DNA of 64,000 nt from Thermoplasmatales archaeon (GTDB taxonomy: Archaea; Thermoplasmatota; Thermoplasmata; Thermoplasmatales; Thermoplasmataceae). This document shows positions 41,441 to 50,999 of this stretch, in pieces. The first letter of the stretch is position 1. Each line of letters starts with the position of its first letter. The DNA lies in assembly GCA_027310185.1 (NCBI GenBank), contig DAIDBH010000006.1, forward strand, positions 128,001-192,000, read 5' to 3'. A program made the translations under genes and the position numbers. Under the pieces are notes generated by a model, which worked only from the letters and a program-made list of their open reading frames with translations, did not search any database and was not told where the DNA came from.

Positions 41441-42421
41441 TTACCTGCTTCTTCCAGAAACTGGAAATATCCTCATGGGTTCAAGTCTAAGTCTCAGGTT
41501 TTCAAAGATCTGGGTCCTTATGCTCTGGTCCATTATATTTGGGAACTCAATCATGACAAGATATGTATTCAGGGTAGTTTCATCAAGGAGAAATTTTTGG
41601 TCGTTACTCTTAATTCCCATCTTTTCCGTGATATCAAAAACAACTTTCCTTATTTCATCTGGCAGGACATGCTTCGGTACTTCGTATCTTATGGAAAAAC
41701 TTCCACTTTTTGGACCCAGTTGAAAAGCCCCGAGAGCTACTACCGCATTGGGTACATTGATTATCTCGTTACCATCTGTAAATATCTTTGTGTAATTCAT
41801 GGTGATATCTACAACCCTGCCCCTTATACCCTGAACGTAAAGCACATCCTTTGAGTAATATTTCTGGAAGAAAACTGCGAGCTGAAGCCCCATAAGGGAA
41901 CTGGAGCTGCTCCATGGAAAAATCCACACATCATCACCTGGCTTGAAAGGCCTTGAGATTTCCATCATTAAACCACCCAAAATATTCCCGATAATACTCT
42001 GACCAGCGAGCGCAATGAGAGCGGCTAGGAGGATACTGCTTGTAAGCAAAGAATCGATGTTGATACCAAGTGCTGATAGGATCACCACGAAAATTATGAA
42101 ATATGCAACGATGTTCATCACGTAGTTGATGATTACTGATCTTGCTGTGTTTCCCCTTACAGAGTAGTGGAGTTTCATCACTTTCCTGATCTGGAATATC
42201 AGGACCAGTGCAAAAGTAAGGGAAATTATGATCTCTAGAATTGCACCATATATGGATAACTCATACCTGATATAAAGAGGGACAGTTTCGGTGAAGTCGT
42301 ATGCTGCCTGATAAAATAGTTCAGCTTTTTTTACAAAATACGATATCCTCAATGTGTCCAGTAAAATTCCAAAAAATAGAAAGAAAGGGAACGAATACAT
42401 CAGGCCGCTTCGACTTCTCAT
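41441..42421 (-). CDS. mscS: Small-conductance mechanosensitive channel (MscS family)
   Basis: N-terminal TMs, ALAGQSIIGNILGG...RPFKPGD, G.V.DI...YT and VPN. Start placed at ATG 42421. Confidence 0.88.
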   Translation of the reverse strand: MRSRSGLMYSFPFFLFFGILLDTLRISYFVKKAELFYQAAYDFTETVPLYIRYELSIYGAILEIIISLTFALVLIFQIRKVMKLHYSVRGNTARSVIINYVMNIVAYFIIFVVILSALGINIDSLLTSSILLAALIALAGQSIIGNILGGLMMEISRPFKPGDDVWIFPWSSSSSLMGLQLAVFFQKYYSKDVLYVQGIRGRVVDITMNYTKIFTDGNEIINVPNAVVALGAFQLGPKSGSFSIRYEVPKHVLPDEIRKVVFDITEKMGIKSNDQKFLLDETTLNTYLVMIEFPNIMDQSIRTQIFENLRLRLEPMRIFPVSGRSR

Positions 42422-42428
42422 TTTTGAA

Positions 42429-42650
42429 TCAGTCCTGATTGGTTGTAGAAATGATGCACTGAGACATTGGAACACAGATTGTCTGTTTACTGGACTGATC
42501 TGGACTCTCAGTCTCAATTATGTATACTGCCTGATCAACCCCAATGAGCTTGCCTCTCATATAGAGTTCAGGCGTAAGACTCTCCTGATACTGGCCCAGA
42601 ATAAGAAATCTCACATTTTTACCCACAAGATCAATGACATTCATGTTCAT
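42429..42650 (-). CDS. Small protein with Sm/LSm-like fold
   Basis: LVGKNV.F...RGKLIGVDQ..YII resembles the Sm1 motif; ends 7 nt before mscS. Confidence 0.55.
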   Translation of the reverse strand: MNMNVIDLVGKNVRFLILGQYQESLTPELYMRGKLIGVDQAVYIIETESPDQSSKQTICVPMSQCIISTTNQD

Positions 42651-42714
42651 TGATTCATTTATGCTATAAAATCTATTCATTGAAGCCTAAAATAATGAGA
42701 ATGAAAATAAAAGA

Positions 42715-42885
42715 TTATGGTGTTATGAGAGAAATTAAAAATATTACAAATCCTGCTATTACAAAATACTCTGTATTCGAGAGATTCTGTGCAATGAATT
42801 TATAGTAGATTCCTCCTATTTCTATCAGGAATAATCCCAGGAAGAAAAGGGGATATCTCCATGCTGATTTCATGTATTTTCCCAT
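42715..42885 (-). CDS. Unannotated 56-aa two-TM membrane protein after the sdh membrane anchor
   Basis: MGKYMKSAWRYPLFFLGLFLIEIGGIYYKFIAQNLSNTEYFVIAGFVIFLISLITP; ATG 5 nt after the sdhC stop; below the ORF-track cut-off. Confidence 0.7.
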   Translation of the reverse strand: MGKYMKSAWRYPLFFLGLFLIEIGGIYYKFIAQNLSNTEYFVIAGFVIFLISLITP

Positions 42886-42890
42886 GTCGA

Positions 42891-43640
42891 TCACAACCTG
42901 AACAGGAGGATGTTAATGCCAAGACCAGCGGCTACTCCCCTTATATATAGGTCAACGAGGAAGAATGAAGCAAGACTCATCCATGCAAATATTTCGTGAT
43001 GATCGTTCAGTTTAGATACCCCGTTAAAGAATGATCTCCTAACACTCTTCTTGTTTACCGGGCAGCTGTAACAGTCAACATTGCCTCCTGTTACGTGTCT
43101 GAAGAAGTGGCATGAGAATGTATATATTGTTACCAGTGCAGTGTTTATGATCAGTAATAGTGCCCCTAATGTGAAAGTTCCATTGTAGGCAAGTGCTACA
43201 TAGATATCGTAATAGAAGAACGGAAGAATTGCCACTGCTGTGTACCAGAAATATCTGTGCAGGTTCTCGAGCCTGAATATATTTGTTTCACCAGAATACA
43301 ATCTGCCTCTTTTTTCACCAACAAGGTCTATTCTCTTTGATACATCCTTGAACTTTGAAACCTCACAAGCAATTGGATGCCTGAAAAGATGCCTGTGGTA
43401 ATCCTTCCTGTATGCATAGCATGTAGCCCTGAAACCTGCCACAAGAGGCAGTACGAGGATGGTGGGTGAATAGAACGGATCAGTCAACCCCTGAACAGGC
43501 TTTGGCAGTGCAAACACAGTCATCAGGTATATAGCCAGCAGGGCTAGAAGTACAAATGACCAGAATCTCAATTCACCGAATTCTCTTGGGAACCTCACTA
43601 TTTTTTCTAATTTTGTTTCATCCTTTGTGCTAAATGACAT
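42891..43640 (-). CDS. sdhC: Succinate dehydrogenase membrane anchor, mycobacterial Sdh1 (Rv0249c)-like
   Basis: GFRATCYAYRK, ENLHRYF, YTFSCHFFRH and H..FAW motifs; third gene of the operon. Confidence 0.8.
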   Translation of the reverse strand: MSFSTKDETKLEKIVRFPREFGELRFWSFVLLALLAIYLMTVFALPKPVQGLTDPFYSPTILVLPLVAGFRATCYAYRKDYHRHLFRHPIACEVSKFKDVSKRIDLVGEKRGRLYSGETNIFRLENLHRYFWYTAVAILPFFYYDIYVALAYNGTFTLGALLLIINTALVTIYTFSCHFFRHVTGGNVDCYSCPVNKKSVRRSFFNGVSKLNDHHEIFAWMSLASFFLVDLYIRGVAAGLGINILLFRL

Positions 43641-44393
43641 CTATTTCACCACCTTTTCTTTTTTTCTTCTGTTCTTGATCAGCATTGCTATTGGATCGTA
43701 TTGCCTGTCGACCGCTCTTTCCTTTTCCTGGATTATTGCATTGTCAGTTATTTTTATGTGTTCCGGACATACTTCAGTGCAGCATTTAGTTATATTACAG
43801 TATCCCATTCCACCCTCTTCGTTAAGCATCCTTGATCTATCCAGACCGTCCAGGGGATGCATATCCCAAGAAGCTGCCTTTACAATGTGCCGTGGACCAA
43901 AATACGGCGTAAAGTGCTCCCTAACAACGTGGCACACATCCATGCAGAGGAAACATTCGATGCATCTCTTGAATTCCTTAGATCTTTCAACATCCTTTGG
44001 ATTAATTCTCCATGGTTTTTCAAGGCCTTCCTTTGGAGTGAACATTGGAATCTTTCTTGCAATTTCCCAGTTCTTTGAAACATCTGTTACAAGATCCTTG
44101 ATCAATGGAAATGCCGCCATGGGTGCAACAGTGATATTTTTACCAACTTCGTCCACCCTGGTCTTGCACATCAGAGATGGTCTTCCATTGATTTCGGCAG
44201 AGCATGAACCACATTTGCCAGCCTTGCAGTTCCACCTTATTGAAATAGTGGGGTCTATTTTCTCCTCCACGTATCTGACTGTATCCAGGACAACCATCCC
44301 ATCAACGTATGGGACCTTGTATTCCACAAACTTCCCTTCCTTTTCTGTTTCAGGATCGAACCTGAATACTTTCACACTTATATCATCGCTCAT
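43641..44393 (-). CDS. sdhB: Succinate dehydrogenase/fumarate reductase iron-sulfur subunit
   Basis: RWNCKAGKCGSC, CIECFLCMDVCH and CNITKCCTEVCP motifs. Confidence 0.95.
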   Translation of the reverse strand: MSDDISVKVFRFDPETEKEGKFVEYKVPYVDGMVVLDTVRYVEEKIDPTISIRWNCKAGKCGSCSAEINGRPSLMCKTRVDEVGKNITVAPMAAFPLIKDLVTDVSKNWEIARKIPMFTPKEGLEKPWRINPKDVERSKEFKRCIECFLCMDVCHVVREHFTPYFGPRHIVKAASWDMHPLDGLDRSRMLNEEGGMGYCNITKCCTEVCPEHIKITDNAIIQEKERAVDRQYDPIAMLIKNRRKKEKVVK

Positions 44394-46111
44394 TCATACA
44401 CCTCTGGCTTTACATATGCCTTGTATTCTTCAGGCATTTCTAGCGCTGGTTTTACCTCAAACTTCATGTTTCCCTGCTCGTCCATGTAGGTGATTATATT
44501 GGCTTTCCATGCTGGATCTTTCTTTGGGAAGTCTGATCTTGCATGTGCACCCCTGCTTTCCTTTCTCATTGAAGCGCATGTGGCTATAGCCTCACATGAG
44601 ATTAACATATTACCAAGTTCAAGGCAGCCAAGAAGTCCATGATTATATCTAACTCCTCCCCTGGTTCCAACTTCCTTGAACTCTTCCTTCAGGTCTTTTA
44701 TTATCTTGATTGCCTTCTGCAGGTGTTCTTCGTCCCTCATTATACCTACATTCTCGCTCATACATGTTGTAAGTCGATCTATGAGATCGTATGGATTCTT
44801 CCCGTCTTCCTTGAAGAAATGCATTACATAAGCCCTGACTTTCTCAACTTCTTCGTCTGGTATTTCTTCCAGTTTTGAGCTTCTTGCGTAATTCACAGCT
44901 GCGTCTCCAGCCCTCTTTCCAAAGACCAGGATATCTGCGAGGGAGTTGCCTCCAAGCCTGTTTGCTCCGTGAAGACCTGAAGCAACCTCTCCTGCTGCGA
45001 ACAGATTCTCAATATTTGTTCTTTCTGTTTCTGCATCCACTTCTATTCCACCCATCATATAGTGGACAGTTGGTGCCACTTCCATTTTCTCCTTTGTTAT
45101 ATCGACTCCCGCAAATTCAAGAAACTGTTGATACATTGCAGGTAGCTTGTGCTTGATGAAGTCTGCACCTTTAAAGGATATATCAAGGTAAACACCGCCA
45201 TGCTCTGTTCCCCTTCCTTCCATTATTTCCCTGTAATTTGCTCTGGCAACAACATCTCTTGCGTCAAGTTCCTTCTTTTGAGGAGAGTATTTCAGCATAT
45301 ATCTCTCGCCTTTGGAATTCAGTAAAATTCCTCCTTCCCCTCTTACCCCTTCTGTTACTAGAAGACCTTTCACTCCAGGTGGATAAACCATTCCAGTGGG
45401 GTGAAACTGCATCATTTCCATGTCCCTGAGTATGACTCCAGCCCTGTACGCCATACCAATACCATCACCTGTCGATTCCCAAGAATTTGATGTAACCTTA
45501 AAGACTCTTCCTGATCCTCCCGTTGCAATGACTACGGATTTTGCCTTGAATATGAAGGTTTGTCCGGTATTCATCTTTATTCCATATGCACCTATTATCT
45601 TGTTATCCTTCCTGATCAGGTCCACAATATACATTTCATCATAGAACTGAATATTTCTGTGAAGCACCTGATCTTCAAGCGTCTTTATTAGTTCCAGTCC
45701 AGTTCTGTCCCCGATGTGCGCCAGTCTTCTGTACGTATGAGCTCCAAATGCCCTTTGCATTATCCTGCCATCTGGCGTCCTGTCAAACAGTGCCCCATAT
45801 CTCTCCAGTTCCAGAACCCTGTCGGGCGCTTCCTTACCCAGGATTTCTGCCATTTTCCAGTTAGAAATGTATACTCCTTCCTCTATTATATCACCATAGT
45901 GAACCGTCCAGTTATCCTGTGGGTCCACATTTCCTAGAGCGGCGGCAATTCCTCCTTCCGCCATAACCGTATGAGCCTTGCCAAGAAGTGACTTTGTAAC
46001 CATAACAGGCTTCAGACCTGCATCGTTTACGGAAATAGCTGCCCTCATTCCTGCTCCGCCGGCACCGATAATCAGAACATCTGCCTCGACGGTTTCAACC
46101 TCATTGTTCAT
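44390..46111 (-). CDS. sdhA: Succinate dehydrogenase/fumarate reductase flavoprotein
   Basis: GAGGAG, KAHTVMAEGG (FAD His), QFHPTG, TEGVRGEGG, HY.MGG, HGANRLGGNSL and ESRGAH.R motifs. Confidence 0.96.
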   Translation of the reverse strand: MNNEVETVEADVLIIGAGGAGMRAAISVNDAGLKPVMVTKSLLGKAHTVMAEGGIAAALGNVDPQDNWTVHYGDIIEEGVYISNWKMAEILGKEAPDRVLELERYGALFDRTPDGRIMQRAFGAHTYRRLAHIGDRTGLELIKTLEDQVLHRNIQFYDEMYIVDLIRKDNKIIGAYGIKMNTGQTFIFKAKSVVIATGGSGRVFKVTSNSWESTGDGIGMAYRAGVILRDMEMMQFHPTGMVYPPGVKGLLVTEGVRGEGGILLNSKGERYMLKYSPQKKELDARDVVARANYREIMEGRGTEHGGVYLDISFKGADFIKHKLPAMYQQFLEFAGVDITKEKMEVAPTVHYMMGGIEVDAETERTNIENLFAAGEVASGLHGANRLGGNSLADILVFGKRAGDAAVNYARSSKLEEIPDEEVEKVRAYVMHFFKEDGKNPYDLIDRLTTCMSENVGIMRDEEHLQKAIKIIKDLKEEFKEVGTRGGVRYNHGLLGCLELGNMLISCEAIATCASMRKESRGAHARSDFPKKDPAWKANIITYMDEQGNMKFEVKPALEMPEEYKAYVKPEVYE

Positions 46112-46634
46112 TGAATTTCACCTAAACCTGATGTGTATTATTTCATTGGTATAAATTTTTTATAATTTCTAAATACTTATATAGTACTTTTAGGTGTAAT
46201 TTTGAGTCCTTATATGACAAAAACTATTATCAGATTGTAAAGCTAATGCAATCTAAATTTCATATGCCATGTCCAGTGTCTAGAGGTTTAAATTATGCAA
46301 CCTCTTTTCTAATTTTTGGTGTCGGATATTACCATTGAATCGTATCTGTTATATTTCCATGGGATGAAATATATTTCTATTTGATGTTCTCCATCCTTCT
46401 CACCAGTCTATATGATCTCGCAGAATAAGGAACACAAGAAGCAGTATGTTATCAGGCCTGCTTCACTCCCCAAGCCAGTAGACAGTGTAAAGATTCGAAC
46501 GAAACAATAAAGTTTCTCATGATTTCATCCTTTCTTGGGAAGGGAGATTCAGGCTTGAATGCTCATATTGAATAATAGTGTAGTGATTTAGAGTCTAACA
46601 TTTTATATGGGAGTTACCAATTAAAGAATAACAG

Positions 46635-47816
46635 ATGACATTTCTACTATCAATATTCATACTCCTGCTTTTTGCAATAATTATGGGAAGTGTGTTCGAA
46701 TATTATGGCTTACCGTCAGTGATAGGTGAAATACTCGCCGGTTTCATCCTTGGAAAGGCAGTTCTTGACCTGGTTCTCCCGAGTTCCATTATAACGGGAA
46801 TATCTGAAATATCATTGTTTTTCATAGTTCTTCTAATAGGAGTTGAGTCAACAACATATACACTGGTAAAGAATGTCAAAAAAGGCATTCTCCTATCAGC
46901 AACAAGCTTCATAATTCCATTACTCATTATGCTTCTTTTCCTCAAGATTTTTTACGGAAAATTCGGGGCTTCAGATATTATACTTGCTGTCTCCATAGGA
47001 GTGCCATCCATCTCCATCATCTCGGTACTTCTAAATAAATACGATCTGATGAAATACGAGATGGGAAACTCAATTCTGGCATCTGTCATTTTCACTGACA
47101 TAATTGCATTCATTATTTTATCAGCAATTGTTGACCTTAAAAGACTGAATTATGAACTTGTGTCGATTGTCGTTTTTCTTATCCTTATTTTTCTTGCTGA
47201 TCACTATCTGCGGAAACATTCAAAATATGTCATGGCTTTCTTTGAGAAGCTCAGGTACCAGTCCAAAAGTGAAAAACTGGTATTTGGCAGCATCATCTTA
47301 TCTGGACTGATAGTTGCCTCCATTCTTGACGAGATAGGCATAACATACGTACTTGGTGCATTCTTTGCTGGCATACTCATAAGTGATGTGATAATAGGAA
47401 AGGAACTTCTCGGTATAATTACAAGAACGCTGGGCAGGCTGAATGATAGTTTCTTTATACCTCTCTTTTTCAGCATAGCCGGAATGGAAGCCATCTTTCC
47501 AACTTTCAGTTCACTGGGAGAAATGACACTCCTCATTCTCGTCACCGTTGTGATTGGAGGATTTCTGGATTATTATGCAGGTAAGAAATTTTTTTCATCC
47601 GGTTCCGGGAGGGTTTCATCCGGGATATTAGGAGGGAGAGGTGCCGTTGGTGTCATTATTGCAACCATAGCCCTGGAATCAAACATCCTGAACTCAAATC
47701 AATATTCCGCAGCAATATTTGCAACAATAATAGTATCTGTTGTGTTTTCATTCCTTCTGAGGAACCAGCAGGATAAGATACTTATGGAACAGGAAAGATT
47801 TGGAGTAAAAATCTAG
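46635..47816 (+). CDS. Cation:proton antiporter (CPA2 family)
   Basis: LPSVIGEILAG, FTDII, VLGAFFAG and FFIPLFF..AG motifs. Confidence 0.9.
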   Translation: MTFLLSIFILLLFAIIMGSVFEYYGLPSVIGEILAGFILGKAVLDLVLPSSIITGISEISLFFIVLLIGVESTTYTLVKNVKKGILLSATSFIIPLLIMLLFLKIFYGKFGASDIILAVSIGVPSISIISVLLNKYDLMKYEMGNSILASVIFTDIIAFIILSAIVDLKRLNYELVSIVVFLILIFLADHYLRKHSKYVMAFFEKLRYQSKSEKLVFGSIILSGLIVASILDEIGITYVLGAFFAGILISDVIIGKELLGIITRTLGRLNDSFFIPLFFSIAGMEAIFPTFSSLGEMTLLILVTVVIGGFLDYYAGKKFFSSGSGRVSSGILGGRGAVGVIIATIALESNILNSNQYSAAIFATIIVSVVFSFLLRNQQDKILMEQERFGVKI

Positions 47817-48379
47817 TTCCTGCTTTTATTGAAGGAATAGGTAGCTATATAATTATGATCAAAGAATCTAATGTTGTTTCTCGTGTAATTAATCTTTGAG
47901 AAGATGCTATCAAGCTCCTCTGGGGAAAGCTTAATCTCTGATGGAGGCCCTATAACAGAATCTTTCTTGAATTCGATCAACGTAAAAACTGGTTTGCTTT
48001 TTCCTGCGAATTTCTGTATGATTTCATTCATACACGGGAAGTCATGGAAACTATTTGAGAAGAAGACCCTGTTCACATCGGGAATTCGTTCTAGCTTGCA
48101 CATGTCCTCTTGTATTGTCTCCACGTTTGTGATCTTATTTGCCACTATTTTGGCATTTTCCCTTTCAATGCCATCTTTACTGATATCAATGGAATATACC
48201 TTGGAACACAAAGGCGCCATGATTAATGAATAATAACCGTCTCCAGAGCCTACATCTGCTATTTTTTCCTCTTTTTTTATCTTCATGAATTCCAGCACAC
48301 TCTTTATGTCTACCATTTTCTCTCTCATCTCAGCCATTCTATCATAATCAAATCCGTGTCCATGATGGTGATGTTCCAT
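47813..48379 (-). CDS. Class I SAM-dependent methyltransferase with His-rich N-terminus
   Basis: ADVGSGDG motif I, YSIDI and FHD; begins MEHHHHGHG (ATG 48379, 21 nt after TTAATA). Confidence 0.88.
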   Translation of the reverse strand: MEHHHHGHGFDYDRMAEMREKMVDIKSVLEFMKIKKEEKIADVGSGDGYYSLIMAPLCSKVYSIDISKDGIERENAKIVANKITNVETIQEDMCKLERIPDVNRVFFSNSFHDFPCMNEIIQKFAGKSKPVFTLIEFKKDSVIGPPSEIKLSPEELDSIFSKINYTRNNIRFFDHNYIATYSFNKSRN

Positions 48380-48577
48380 GGCTTTCAATCATTAAATGCC
48401 TATTAACACTTTGGAAAAGTTTGGGTTGATGATACTTCCATAGATTCAGATTCTATTCCATCTGGTATTGTTACGTCTTCCTGGTTATGAAAAGAAGAAG
48501 TCAAATTTATCATTTAGCACTTAAAAGTTCAGGTGCTGCAGGATAACTTTTTTATGCCTATAGAATTAACCTTGATC

Positions 48578-50335
48578 ATGCTTCTCTCTGAATTCGTAGA
48601 TTATCTTGACAGAATATCAGGTACAGCGAAAAGACTGGAGATGAATGAGATTATGAAACAGTTATTCCTTGATCACCGGGATGAAGTTGACATGATTACA
48701 TACCTTATTCAGGGAAAGGTAGCCCCGGATTACTCAGGCCTTGAGATCGGGATATCCGAAAAAACGGTCATGAAGGTAGTGAGAAATCTTACTGGTGCAA
48801 CTGAAAATGAAGAAATTTCTCTGTTCGCAAAAACTGGCGACCTTGGGGAAATGACTGAGGAACTACTTTCCAGAGGTAAGCAGACATCATTCTTCAACGA
48901 ACCACTGACCCTGGAGGAGTTTTATAAACTCCTACTTAAAATGACAGGCATAAAGGGCCAGGGGAGCAGTGGAACAAAGGAAGCCATGCTTACGGACCTA
49001 CTCATAAGATCAACGAAGAAGGAGGCAAAATATATGGTGAAGATAATCACTGGAAATCTTAGGGTAGGTGTTTCAGATGCGTCTATAATTACCGCCCTCA
49101 GACTAGCTTTCAAACCAGAAATAGAGCAGTCTGAAGTGGAAGATATATTTAATTTTCATCCTGATCCCGCCTATGTTGCTGATCTTCTTCTGAAAGACAG
49201 GATAGGGGAAAGCACAGGGCCAACTCCGTTCATACCCTTAAAGGTGATGCTTGCTGAAAGGCTTCAGTCCCTTGCACAGATAATAGAAAAACTTGGCGGA
49301 GTTGCAGCTCTGGAATACAAGTATGATGGCCTGAGGATACAGATACACAAGCGTGGCGGTGAAGTTAAGACCTTTTCAAGAGGGAATGAAGAGACGACAA
49401 AACAGTTTCCTGAGATAATTGAAGCAGTCAGGAAATTGAAGGCTGAAAGTGTGATTCTTGATGGGGAGGCAGTACCGGTTAACAGTGAAACAGGAGAGAT
49501 CTATCCATTCCAGGATGTATCCAGGAGAAGGGGTAGAATATACGATCTACCGGAGGTTTCTGAGGAAATACCCATAATGGTTTTCCTGTTTGATATAATC
49601 TATCTTGATGGTGTTCCTCTCAACAGGAAACCGTATGTGGAAAGAAGAAAGATACTGCTTGAAACCGTAGGTGAAAGTGAACGCCTGAAATTTGCGACAC
49701 AGATAGTTACAGGGGATTCAGAAGAAGCAGAGAAATTCTTTGAAAGTTCCATAGAATCTGGATGTGAAGGAATAGTTGCAAAGAGTATACAGGAGAATTC
49801 CATATACAGGGCTGGAAATCGTGGATGGTTATGGATAAAATTTAAGAGAGATTACCAGAATGAAATATCGGATACGCTCGATCTGGCTGTTGTAGGTGCA
49901 TTTTATGGGCATGGACGCCGGAAGGGTAGCTTTGGTGCACTTCTTCTTGCTTCGTATAACAAGGAGCGAGATATGTTTGAATCAGTTTGTAAGATTGGAT
50001 CGGGATTCACTGATGAGAATCTTTCTGAAATGAAGGCAATGTTCTCGAATCTTGTCACTGATAAAAAACCATCAAATGTGGATTCAGAAATGATTCCAGA
50101 CGTGTGGATATACCCTGATAGGGTGATACAGATAAAGGGTGCTGAAATAACACTGAGCCCCGTGCATACATGCGCAAAAGAACTGGTCGGTAAAAATGGC
50201 CTTGCCATTAGATTTCCAAGGTTTACTGGTACCTGGAGAACTGATAAAAAAATAGAAGACTGTACATCTTCTGTAGAAATTTATGAATTATTTAAAATGC
50301 AGAAAAAAACTAGTTATAAGGAAGATAGTAATTAA
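48578..50335 (+). CDS. lig: ATP-dependent DNA ligase
   Basis: EYKYDG.R, LDGE, FDI, EGIVAK, WIKFK and RFPRF motifs. Start placed at ATG 48578. Confidence 0.96.
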   Translation: MLLSEFVDYLDRISGTAKRLEMNEIMKQLFLDHRDEVDMITYLIQGKVAPDYSGLEIGISEKTVMKVVRNLTGATENEEISLFAKTGDLGEMTEELLSRGKQTSFFNEPLTLEEFYKLLLKMTGIKGQGSSGTKEAMLTDLLIRSTKKEAKYMVKIITGNLRVGVSDASIITALRLAFKPEIEQSEVEDIFNFHPDPAYVADLLLKDRIGESTGPTPFIPLKVMLAERLQSLAQIIEKLGGVAALEYKYDGLRIQIHKRGGEVKTFSRGNEETTKQFPEIIEAVRKLKAESVILDGEAVPVNSETGEIYPFQDVSRRRGRIYDLPEVSEEIPIMVFLFDIIYLDGVPLNRKPYVERRKILLETVGESERLKFATQIVTGDSEEAEKFFESSIESGCEGIVAKSIQENSIYRAGNRGWLWIKFKRDYQNEISDTLDLAVVGAFYGHGRRKGSFGALLLASYNKERDMFESVCKIGSGFTDENLSEMKAMFSNLVTDKKPSNVDSEMIPDVWIYPDRVIQIKGAEITLSPVHTCAKELVGKNGLAIRFPRFTGTWRTDKKIEDCTSSVEIYELFKMQKKTSYKEDSN

Positions 50336-50814
50336 TCTCTATCTTCATTTCTGTAATTATCTCTGGAGCCGTACTCTCTCCTTCCACCGCTGTTTCCGCC
50401 GTATCCGCCGCCGTTTCTTCTGAAACCGCCGCCAGTACCGCCTCTTCTGAAGTTAGTGTTTTCATAAACTTTTTCGCTCATGTCATTTTCACTGTTAACT
50501 TCTTCAACAGTTTCCTCGGATTCGTTAAGGTTTCCATATTTTCCAACGTTCAATCTCATCTGGCCTCTGACCAGTGAAATATAGCCGTTATCAACATGAA
50601 GTGTGGATCCATCCTTTACAGATGCAGCCTGTTCTCCCCAGAGGGATAGCTTTATCTTTCCAGTGTCGTCTCCTACAACAACCTCAGTTACGGATTTTGA
50701 TTCTCCGAATCTTGTGTTTATCTCTTTTGGCTCGCCTATCTCTATGACCTTAGCAAGAACATTTACTCTTCTCGACTCAGGTGTAAGGTCCTTTATTTTG
50801 GTAATTCCTTCCAT
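50332..50814 (-). CDS. ssb: Single-OB-fold ssDNA-binding protein with R/G-rich disordered tail
   Basis: KIKDL.P...VN..AKV, VGDDTGKI.LSLW and L.VGKYG; tail FRRGGTGGGFRRNGGGYGG. Confidence 0.9.
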   Translation of the reverse strand: MEGITKIKDLTPESRRVNVLAKVIEIGEPKEINTRFGESKSVTEVVVGDDTGKIKLSLWGEQAASVKDGSTLHVDNGYISLVRGQMRLNVGKYGNLNESEETVEEVNSENDMSEKVYENTNFRRGGTGGGFRRNGGGYGGNSGGRREYGSRDNYRNEDRD

Positions 50815-50999
50815 ATGGTTTACGTCCCGTCCTTTCGGACTGAATAGTATTCCTTACTCGTATTTATATTAATGCGTTAATTTGAGTTGACATTCTTATT
50901 TTTAAATAATCTGGAATATAGGATAAAATTTCCTGACTCAAGGAATCAATTGCCCTTGATGAACTCTGACATTGGGGAAAGATGAATATTTGTTATATC

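Noticed and set aside
43627-44493. 288-aa plus-strand ORF
   Set aside because: Antisense shadow of sdhB with no motifs.
46112-46634. 520-bp gap containing a stop-interrupted hydrophobic frame (~46264-46430)
   Set aside because: Could be a decayed membrane-protein remnant, but I recognised no homology, inverted repeats or RNA motif.
50385-50450. GC-rich CCGCC repeats
   Set aside because: Encode the Gly/Arg-rich SSB tail; not a DNA repeat element.
50829-50840. Resemblance of GUCCGAAAGGAC to hammerhead stem II
   Set aside because: The flanking CUGAnGA and GAAA catalytic core is absent.
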